NCBI RefSeq assembly: GCF_038025025.1
Contig: NW_027117351.1
Location: forward strand, 186,001-250,000
Direction of reading: 5' to 3'
DNA length: 64,000 nt
Origin: Phyllosticta citribraziliensis
Taxonomy: Eukaryota
Shown here: positions 1 through 10,197 of the stretch, in pieces
How positions within the stretch are numbered: position 1 is the first letter of the stretch
How the letters are laid out: each line of letters opens with the position of its first letter
Made by a program: the position numbers and the translations under genes
Notes under the pieces: generated by a model
What the model saw: the letters and a program-made list of their open reading frames with translations, nothing else
What the model was told of the DNA's origin: nothing
The model's database searches: none

Positions 1-2607
1 TCATCCACGACAGGCATGCCTGGCATGGGGGTGGACCCGATGGCCATGTCCCAAGGAATGTTCGGAGGCTTTGGAGGACAAGGCATGGGCATGAACGGGA
101 TGAACATGGGCATGGGCTACGGCGGAGGGTACGGTGGCGGATGGAATGGACAGCAGATGAGTGGCAATGACTTTGGTGGCGCAAATGCTGGCTATTATCC
201 CGGAGGTGGATATAATCAACAATCGCACCAGCAAGGGCATTTCCCTCAGATGAATCATCGTCAACAGCAGTTCGCAAAGAATAATTTCCAGAACCAGAAT
301 CGTTTCCCTGGGTCCGGCACGTTTGGTCAGCAGCAGCAACCACAGGAAACCACTGGTCAGGTCCAACAAGGGGAAACGGAAGGCGCTGGCCCGGACGACG
401 GTCAAGAGAAAACCGACGGTGCAGACCAACCAGCTGGTCAAGACGGTCAAAATGACGCCACCGACGCGCCCGACGCTGCAGAGGAGACGTTTGTCCATCA
501 GCTCCCGGTGGGCATGCAGCGCCAGAACACTGCGGAAACCGCCCCCGCCGATTCGAATACGCCGATTCCTACGGACTCTCATCAAGACGAAAACGAGCAC
601 GAAAATCCACCTCCCGAGACGGCCCCGGACCAGAATGACTCTGCCGGTCAAGGTGCAAGTGATACTAACACGGCAGAAGCGCAGCGGGAGAATCAGGTAG
701 ATGAGCCAGAACAACCTGAGACACCTGCGGCCGAGACGGCGACAGGTCAAGAAGATCAGGAGATTCAACAGTCCACAGAAGGATTCCATCCGCCATTCCA
801 GCCGAATCCCATGGGCGCTTTCAGCCAAGCTGGTCCTATGGGAATGAACATGCCCATGGGACCGATGGGGCCGATGGACCCTTCGTACATGATGGGCGGC
901 CTTCACGGTATGCCACATGAGTCGATGGGCTGGAATTCTCATTATGACTTTGGAGGGCGAGGAAGGGGCCGAGGGTTTGGACGCGGCGGATACAACAATT
1001 TCCGAGGCGGTTTCGTTGGTCGTGGAGGTCCTGGATTTGGCAACAGTGGTGCCTTTAGCGGCGAGGTCACGGTCCTTGCTGGCGGTGAACCCAAGGGCGT
1101 CGGTGTAGAGGGCGCTCCAACCGGACCCAGAGCCATGCGAGAAGGCCTACCAAACACGGGTGCGAGCGGAAGATTGAGAAGCGGTTTTGGTTCTAGTGGT
1201 CCCGGACGGCCAGGCTGGACGCCTTCGGGGTCTGCCGCTCCAACGTCTATCAAAAGGTGAGTGCTTCTTGTCGTTTGACATTGGCGTTGTTCTGACTGGA
1301 ATAGCAAATCGCCCGAAAGAGACCGTTCTCGTTCCCAGTCGCGGCCAAAATCGAGGTCGAAAAGTCCCCACAGATCCCGCTCACGTTCACCTCGTCGGCA
1401 CCGCAGACATCGTCATCGGTCCCACAGCGCTTCCGAGGAGACGGACCGCGAGCGACGCGACGACAAACGACGCCATCGCCGTCGTTACGAAGACGAAGAG
1501 GACGAGGCGTCCTACGAGGAATCTCGCTACGGTGGACACAGCAAGGACCGCACCAGGGAGCCCTCTCTCGAAGACTCGTCCAGGCACCGCAGCAGGAGGG
1601 ATCGCGAAAAGGAAAAGGACCGCCACCGCTCTTCTCGTCACCGCGACCGCAGCCATGAACACCGCAGGCATCGCCACCGCTCCAAGACGCCAGTCGACGA
1701 TGAAGCCAGCGTCGTCAACGGAGATGACTTTTCGAGCGAATCTGGCCGTCGCGGCAAGCGTGACAAGTACCGCGACCGCGACAGCGACTACGAGAAAGAG
1801 CGCGAGCGCAGAAAGGAAAAGGAACGCGAGAGGGAGCGCGAAAAAGAAAAGGACCGCAAGCGCTCGCGCCGTGAGCGTGAACGGTCGGCTTCTCCTTCGC
1901 GCGACCATGACGACTACGAGGATGAGGATCGCCATCACCGCTCATCGCGCCGTCGCCGCGAAAAGGAAAAGGACAGGGCAGCGCGCAAGGATGAGCAAGC
2001 ATCTGGCTCTGTTGTTGAAGAGACGGAGTTCAAGATCCAGGGACGCTCAAAGGACAAACTAAACGCGCCGAGCGGCCCTTCTGGAATGATGCCACCGCCA
2101 ACAGGTCCCAAGGCCATGGCAGATGTGCCCAAGGGACCTTCTCGCCACCGCGACCGCGCATCGTCCCGCCGCGGCAGCATTTCGCAGTCTTCCGCAGTTC
2201 CAGCCTCGGACCCGATTACGCTCGAGCGGGAAGCTCGCAACCGCGAACGCATGCTCAAAGAAGTGCAGCGCCGGGCGTCTCTCCACCAACCCTCGTCCAA
2301 AATCGGCGGCGACAAGCGCAAGCGGGCAGGAGACGAAGAGGCAGAGGTCGCGCCTCCAACGGCGCCCAGCGCGGACCGCGAGAGGGAGCGCGACCGCGAC
2401 CGCGAGAGGGACAGACACGGAAGCAGCAGCTGGAGCAAGAAACGCCGCGGCAGCGACGCGACAGAGGCCAAGGACGCGGGCGAGCGCAGCAACGGCCACG
2501 GCCACCGGAAGCAGCGGCGGTTGAGCTACAAATACGAAGACGAGGAAAACGACGAGGCGAGAGCGCGGAGGGTGGAGAGCGAGCGCGAGGCCCAGCGGTG
2601 GAGGTAG
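1..2607 (+). CDS. RS/RD/RE-rich, RGG- and G/M-rich low-complexity nuclear protein (probable RNA-processing factor); 5' end probably upstream of the window
   Basis: ORF 16-1260 joins the frame of ORF 2086-2607 through a 48-nt intron 1257-1304 (GTGAGT...CTGAC...ATAG). The spliced product has RGRGRGFGRGG, long RS/RD/ER tracts and C-terminal 'TLEREARNRERMLKE' and 'RRLSYKYEDEE' blocks. No catalytic domain is visible in the window. Confidence 0.75.
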
Positions 2608-3864
2608 GCCTCTTGCGGTTCGGCAGAGGGCATTCGTTGTAAAATAAAATCATGGCGGCGGCAGGGAGCATGACATGGCGTGTGGGCTGGGTGGCATTTC
2701 TCGGGCGGTCAGCACTCTTCTGGGGACGACTGGACATCCATTCATTGTACAATAACAGGCAGAGTCATTGGGTCGCAGGTGCTGGAGGCGCAAAAGCAAC
2801 GGGTGGAGGGAGCTGATAGAGATGTCCCGTCGTGTAGAATAGAATCACAAATTCAACTCGCTCGTTGGGGTCGCCCAGAAAACGAGGAAGCGTCGCTCTA
2901 AGCGAAACCCAGCCCGCGTTCCTTTTGTGCAGCCATCTCCATCGACGTTCATGCACGCCACCTCTTTTGGCACACGCCCTCTGCCAACTCTTCTTCACTC
3001 TTCTCGACGCGCCTGGCTGACCCCCGCCATTCATCTCGGCTCTGTCCCACAGTCCCAGTTTCAACGATTGCGAAAAGTGGATCGACGCGGCACGTATCTT
3101 CTTGGCTCCGCGGACGTCGCAATATGAGGGAGGCGACTCAGAAACTCACCGCACCCTTTGTTTGTTCAATATATCTGACGTCTGCTATCTTCGTCGCCAC
3201 GGCAGTCGATATCGCAGGTGCTTGTGCCTCCATGATGGTTTCCGGGGCAGTTTCCCAAGGCAGCGCGCATCTTCTCAACACGCGAGTGGCTTCGGTCGTC
3301 CATCATGACCAGCTCATCGATTCCCTTATCACCATTCGCGACAGATTGGCGAGGCACAAGTGAAGCGCTTTGGACTCGGATTGATCCAGACGAGCACACG
3401 ACAAAGGCCCACCGGCGAACTCGGCCATTACACGAGCCAGGTAGCCCGCTCTTTGCCGACGGGCCGGCGGACGGTTCCCCAAAGCGTCGCCCCCCTTCTC
3501 CACCAGCGCCGTCTCGATTGGACCCTGCTGTCGAGGATCTCTGCTGGAAGAGTCGTCGACTCGTCGAACAAGCAATCAGCGACCCTCTCCCCCTCCCGGG
3601 CCGGGCCCTCCCCCGTCCCATGTTCCTTCCCCACGTGGGTGCTGCCGGCGGTGGGCGAAAAAGGCCACTCTCAAAATGTCAAGGACGCGGAGGTGCCTTT
3701 CGTCTCGTCCTGTCCGCCAGAACCAAGCCTGCGAATCTCTCGACGGGCCGACCATCACCCACCTGAGGCCGTAGCGTGACCTAGTTCAACTAGGCTAGTT
3801 GTTTCTTGAAGCTCTCGTCGGCTTGCTGACCTGCGAGCTCCTTTTTTCATCGCCGCTGTGCGCC

Positions 3865-5783
3865 ATGTCCGAGCCCAAGGCAAGCTCGGAGGGCAACAAG
3901 TCTCCCGCCGACTCCAATGTCGTCACGGTCGATAGCAACGATGCGGATAAGCTGCGTCTCCAGCAGATGTGAGTTCCGGCCTGGAGTCTATTCGGCGACC
4001 AGAGTTTTGACTCGCCCAGGGGCCATCAACAGGAGCTCAAGCGCCACTTTACCGTCTTCAGCTTGATCGGATTGGCATCAACGACCACCATTTCGTGGAC
4101 GGGTTTGGGTCTGGGGTAAAGCATCCTCCGGCACCGCGCGCAATTGGCGCTGACGACCAACAGACTGATCACCGAGATCAATGCGGGCGGACCCGGTGCT
4201 GTGATTTATGGCTTCATCCTGGTCTTCATCCTGCAGTCCTTTTTGGGCGCGTCGTTGGCTGAATTCGTGTCGGCGTATCCAACAGAAGGTGGCATGGTCA
4301 GTCGAATTCCCTCGTCAATTGGACTACTCTGACAACACTAGTACCACTGGGTGGCCGCCATAGCACCCGCAAAGTACAGCGGATTCTTGTCCTTTGTTAC
4401 AGGCTGGTGGAGCGTCTCGGGGTGGATCTTTACCACGGCATCGACAAACCTCGTCTACGCCCAAAACTTCATGGCCTTGATCACTCTGTACCGGAGTGAC
4501 ATTGTCATCAAAGCCTGGATGACTTTTGTGGTGTATCAGATTACGAATCTGGCCACTGCTGGAATCGTCCTATTTGGCAACAGGCTCATTCCAGCCATGA
4601 ACAGGTTCTCCCGTGAGTATCCCTTCACTCCCCTCGACTTTTTCTAATTCAAATCAGTCTTCTACCTCCAAATTGCCTGGTTCATCCTCCTTGTCACCGT
4701 GGTCGCCACAGCCCCGAAGCATAATGACGCCGAATTCGTGTTTAGGACGTGGATCAACAACACGGGCTGGGAGAACAACGTCATTTGCTTCATCACGTAT
4801 GCAATTCCTACACCCGACAGAATGTGGCTGACGTATCAAGTGGCCTTGTCAACCCCCTCTACTCCCTCGGCGGTCTCGACGGCATCACGCACATCACGGA
4901 AGAAATGCCCAACCCCTCGCGCAACGCGCCGCTCGCGCTGCTGTGCACGCTACTGATCGCCTTCGTCACTGGTCTGACGTATCTCATCGCGCTCATGTTT
5001 TCCGTCCAAGACTACGCCGCCTTGTCCGACTCATCGACGGGTCTGCCCCTCGCCGAGCTCTTCCGCCAGGCAACATCATCAACAGGCGGAGCTTTTGCGC
5101 TCATTTTCCTTCTCTGGGTCGCACTCGGCCCGTGCATGGTCGGTAGCCAGCTCAGCACGAGTCGGGTGGTCTGGGCGTTTGCCAGAGATCGAGGCCTCCC
5201 GGGCAGCAGGTGGTTTTCGCAGGTCTCAAACACTTGGGGTGTTCCGTTCAATGCGCAGCTGCTGGTCACGGCTGTATGTGCGGCGCTGGGATGCATCTAC
5301 CTTGGTAAGTGATGAGAAATTGATTCCATGGCACCTTCAGCTAACGGACGCCGAACAGGCTCATCGACTGCGTTCAACGCCATGCTCGGATCCGCCGTCA
5401 CCATCAACAACATGGCCTACCTCATCCCGATCCTGACCAACATCTTGCAGCGCCGGCAAGTGCTGGTGCGCGGCCGCTTCCACATGGGCTTCGCGCCGGG
5501 CCTCTTCGTCAACGTGGTCACGGTATGCTGGCTCGTCTTCGCCATCGTCTTCTTCTCCTTCCCCTACTACCAGCCGGTGACGGCCGAAAACATGAACTAC
5601 ACGTGCGTGTGCGTCGGCGGCATCGCCATCATCGCGCTCGCGTGGTGGTTCGTCGACGGCAAGCGGTTTGCCGATGGCATGGGCAAGGTCAAGGAGGTCG
5701 ACGACGAGAAGAAGAGGGAGGCCGAGATGGTGCTGAGGGGAGCGGTGGCCAGAGGTGGTGACGGGGCGGCGGAGAAGATTTGA
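3865..5783 (+). CDS. APC-superfamily amino acid permease (choline/GABA permease, HNM1/UGA4-like)
   Basis: ATG 3865 and about six short introns (e.g. 3969-4019, 4116-4163). Motifs: MGHQQELKRHF, 'SLAEFVSAYPTEGG', 'HITEEMPNPSRNAP', 'SRVVWAFARDRGLP', 'NMNYTCV'. Many hydrophobic TM segments. Confidence 0.9.
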
Positions 5784-6518
5784 TCGCTGTAAGATGTCTT
5801 GGAATTTACGTCTTGGAGCATTGGATGATCCGTTGATGTGTTTGAATGTTTAATACTGCCGCGAAAATAGTAGGCCATGTACGCCCCCTTTGTCACCAAT
5901 GGACCCCTGAAGATTGCCGTGTTCTCGATCTTTCTCACTCAACAAAATGATGTATTGGAATTCAGCTGGTCGGAACAAAGTTGGACGACAAGCTATGCCA
6001 AGAGATGGCCCAGCAACGCGGTCGTCTTGGCCTGGCTTAGGGGCTGGTGGTTGACATTTGACGTGCTGACGGCCGTCTCACGCTGCGCCGCTAAGGCACC
6101 TCAACTCTTTCGTGGAAGAAAAGAGGGCTGTACGCGACTGCGGGCAATGCATTCATTGTAGAAACAGCTGCTTGTAAGCACAGGCCACGCTGCCGACGAA
6201 GCAATGACGTTGTGAAGATCATCTGGGGAGACCAGACGGAGCTTGATGAACCCCGGGGAAGCTTCATGGTTCATGGCAAGTGGACGCTGGATCCGCCTCG
6301 GACGCTGAACGAGGTTTGAAGGTAGGACCGTCGCATGTGAGGCGATTGAGATGTTGAAAGGAAGTGTACCATCTTTTGAGAGTCGCCTTGATGGTTTTGC
6401 GGGTCGGTAGGGCGGCGCACCCTGGCTTCCCGCAGGACAAGGGCGCATCCGCCGCTCTGCAACACCAACGCCGACCCACGGCCAACACCAGACATGTGCG
6501 ACGCGTCACCCACTGCCC

Positions 6519-9500
6519 ATGGCCGCGACCACGAGCAGCCCACCTCCCTCGGCCGCGCCAGGCCAGCAGCAGGCACAGACACAGACACAGGCCCGTCTCC
6601 ACCACCATGACACCGCCGAGCCCTCGTCCAGTCGCAGCGCCGACTCGTCGTCCTCGTCCGCCGACCTCGACCTCGACGACGACCAGAGCGACAATGAAGC
6701 CACACTGCTGACCTCGGACCCCCTCGACCCCTCGCTGCAAGAACGGTGAGATGAGATGCCTGCCCTGCCTCCCCAGCCCACCACCCAGTAGCTGACAGCT
6801 TGCGCCGCCAGCATGTCTTTCAAGCGCAAACCGAAACCCCCAGCTCCCTCCGGGCTCTCGCTCCCCAAATTCCTCTCCGTGCCGCTCTCCGCCACAGGCC
6901 GACAGCCATCGCCCTCGCACTCGCCTCTCCCAACACGCGCCCAGCACCGGCGCAACCGCAGCGCCAGCGCCGCGCCCGACCTCGACGGCAGCTTCGCCGA
7001 CGCCGCACACCTGCCGCCCTACTACGACGATGACGCCGACGAGCGGCACAACGCGGCGGGCGGCGCGGGCGTGGACTGGAACGTCGAGGGCCCCGGGCGA
7101 CGGGTCGGCTACGACGACATGACGGCGATAGACTGGATCTTCGAGTACGCCAAGGAGCGGCAGCGGCTGCGGCTGCTGTACTCCAGCGCGTCGGGCATCC
7201 TCGGCCACGTCAAGCAGCTGGCCGACGGCAGCCAGATCTGGATCGTCCTGATCCTGACGGGCCTGGCGAGCGGCTGGATCGCGGCCTTCATCGACGTTGC
7301 GAGCGATTGGCTGGGCGACCTCAAGACGGGCTATTGTAGGAATGATGGCGGCGATGGCCGCTTCTATTTGAACAAGGTGTTTTGCTGCTGGGGCTATGAC
7401 GGTGCGTGTTTTGTGGCGGTGGAAAGCTTGTGCTGATGGACGCAGAGTTGGCGCAGTGCTCCGACTGGCATCCGTGGAGCTCGGCCCTTGGAGCTACCTC
7501 CAGGGGCGGCAGCTACGTGGTTGAATATCTTTTCTTCGTCCTGTTGTCGGTACGTTTCCTGCATGCGTAGCCTTGCTTTTACTGACTGCCCGCAGGTCCT
7601 TTTTGCAGCGTGCGCCAGCATTTTGGTCAAGCACCATGCCATTTACGCAAAGCATAGCGGGATCCCCGAGATCAAGACGGTCTTGGGCGGGTTTGTTATT
7701 CGATATTTCATGGGGACGTGGACGCTCGTCATCAAATCTCTGGGGCTGGTAAAATGCTTCTCAACCTGCATTTATCACCTGCTAACGCGAAGCAGTGTCT
7801 TGCCGTGGCATCAGGACTTTGGCTCGGCAAGGAAGGCCCGCTCGTCCATGTGGCCTGCTGTTGTGCAAACGTAATCATGAAGCTGTTTAGCTCCATCAAT
7901 AACAATGAGGCGCGGAAGAGGGAGGTGCTATCGGCTGCTGCGGCAGCGGGCATCTCGGTGGCCTTTGGAGCTCCCGTGGGAGGCGTCTTGTTCAGTTTGG
8001 AGGTAACGAATCCAACAACGTTTCAGAGTCACGCTGATTGTCCTAGCAACTGTCATACTACTTTCCTGACAAGACCATGTGGCAAAGCTTTGTGTGTGCC
8101 ATGCTTGGAGCCGTGGCCCTGCACTCTTTTGACCCGTTCCGGACCAACAAACTTGTCTTGTACCAGGTCACCTACCACACTGGATGGCACGGATTCGAAA
8201 TCATCCCCTTTGCGTTTCTTGGAATCATCGGCGGCCTGTATGGAGGCCTGTTCATCAAGCTGAATCTCAAGATTGCGGAGATTCGGCGCAATAATCCCTT
8301 CTTCAAGGGGCCGATTCGCGAAGTCGTCGCCGTCAGCCTCCTCACTGCCATCATCGGATTTCCGATCAAGTTTATGCGCGCTCAGGCGTCAGAGCTTCTG
8401 TACGTCCTGTTCGCCGAGTGCGTGGATATTCAGGACGACCAGCTGGAATTGTGCAAGTCGGGCAAGGCCAACACGGGTGTCTTGACTCTCCTCATCGTCT
8501 CGGCGTTCCTTGGATTTCTTCTCGCTAGCGTCACCTTTGGCCTTCTGATTCCCGCAGGTATCCTCCTTCCATCCATGGCTATTGGCGCTCTCTACGGCCG
8601 CGCAGTCGGCCTCATCGTCTCATTGCTGCAAAAAGCCCACCCGAGGTGGTATCTCTTCGCCGCTTGCGAACCAGACGTGCCTTGCGTGACGCCTGGGACG
8701 TATGCCATCATTGGAGCCGCCTCAGCCATTGGAGGTGCCACTCGCATGACGGTCTCCATCGTTGTCATCATGTTTGAGCTGACGGGTGCTCTCACCTACG
8801 TGCTACCCATCATGGTCGCCGTCATGATCAGCAAGTGGGTCGGCGACTTTGTCTCACCCCGCGGCATCTACGAAGCGTGGATCCACTTCAACGGGTACCC
8901 GTTCCTCGACAACCGCGACTCGGACTCGAACGGTGCGGTCCCCGACGTGCCGGCCTCGCAAGTCATGACGCGCATCGACGACCTCGTCGTCATCACGGCC
9001 ACGGGCCACACGATCCAGTCGCTGCGCGCACTACTCGCCCAGCACTCCTTCCGCGGCTTTCCCGTCATCGACAACCCCACCGACGCGCTGCTGCTGGGCT
9101 ACATATCGCGGACCGAGCTGGCCTACGCCCTCTCGCGCGCCCTCGCCCGCGGCGGGCCCGGCGGCACCGGCCTCCCACCGCACGCCGACGCCTACTTCGC
9201 GCCGCTCACGTCGTCGACGCCGTACGCCACGGCCGCGACGACGGACCCGGCGCAGGCGCTCGACCTGCGGCCGTGGATGGACCAGACGCCCATCACGCTG
9301 AACGCGCGCTCCAGCTTGCAGCTCACCGTCAACATGTTCAGCCGCCTGGGCTTGCGCTACGTCCTCTTCGTCGAGCGCGGCTGTCTGAGGGGCCTGATGA
9401 CGAAGAAGGACGTCTGGTTCGTTCTCAACGAGGCGGATCCCGATGGTGTCGGCGTTGCGGCGGCGGGGGAGCGGAGTGAGCGCCCGGCTGCGGGCGTCCC

Positions 9501-9681
9501 TGTCAGGAGAGGCGGCGGCGGTGTTGGCGGGGGTAAGTTGAGGGAGGGACAGCGCGGCGAGGAGAGGGGTTTGTTGAGTACGGATGGCCGCGCTGGCGAT
9601 GATGATGACGACGACGAGGACGAGGGTTTTGTCGTCGATGCTGATGAGGCTTTTGAACGTGTGGATGGGCTGCGTCGCTGA
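6519..9681 (+). CDS. CLC-family chloride channel/transporter with C-terminal CBS domains (ClC-3/GEF1-like group)
   Basis: CLC signatures SGIPE, GKEGP and '[18 protein letters not shown]', plus CBS region 'FRGFPVI...LGYISRTEL...MDQTPITL'. Exon 1 from 6519 is spliced in frame via intron 6746-6811; further introns lie near 7402, 7550, 7749 and 8003-8046. Confidence 0.93.
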
Positions 9682-10197
9682 GCTTGTGGACCTTTCTCTT
9701 CTTCTTGAGGTGTCTTTTGACGTACTACTCGCGTTCTTATTTATTTACTTCCTGTAGCTTGCGATAGATAGATAGACTTGGCAAATTATAAACACAGGAG
9801 CCCAACTCACTCGTCCGCTCAAACTTTGAAACATCTCACTCCCTCTCTGATGTTGAAACATGGGTGCTTAGTAACGCAGACCAAGGTAGCCACTGCCGGT
9901 AGGTGGACCCTGATTTGCCGCCAAGAAGGGGCCGTGCGGGTCAAGCGAGACGACCGACCTGAGGCTCAAAACGCCAAGGCCGGCAGTCGATGAAACTTTA
10001 TAACGACATACCTTGGACCGTATACGAGTCACCTGCGCCATTGAACTCCCTACGAAATACCAACAAGAAACACATTCGACGGCACATCGAACCCTCTCTC
10101 CAGGAAGAAAAGAACAAGAAAAAGAAAACGAAAACCAACACCGCGGGAGCTCCAGCTCCCCGCGGAGAAAAACAAAAAGAAAAGAAAAGAAAAAAGA

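Noticed and set aside
1..2505. Long antisense and alternative-frame ORFs (1-942 -, 1187-2062 +, 1387-1938 -, 1935-2492 -) and similar shadows over CLC, BUD4, GAC1-like, TTI1 and PDS5
   Set aside because: They overlap well-supported genes and are expected by-products of GC-rich, codon-biased or low-complexity coding DNA; no domain motifs.
2680..3779. Several 60-150 aa ORFs between the first gene and the permease
   Set aside because: No recognisable motifs or consistent splice structure; more likely 3' UTR and promoter.
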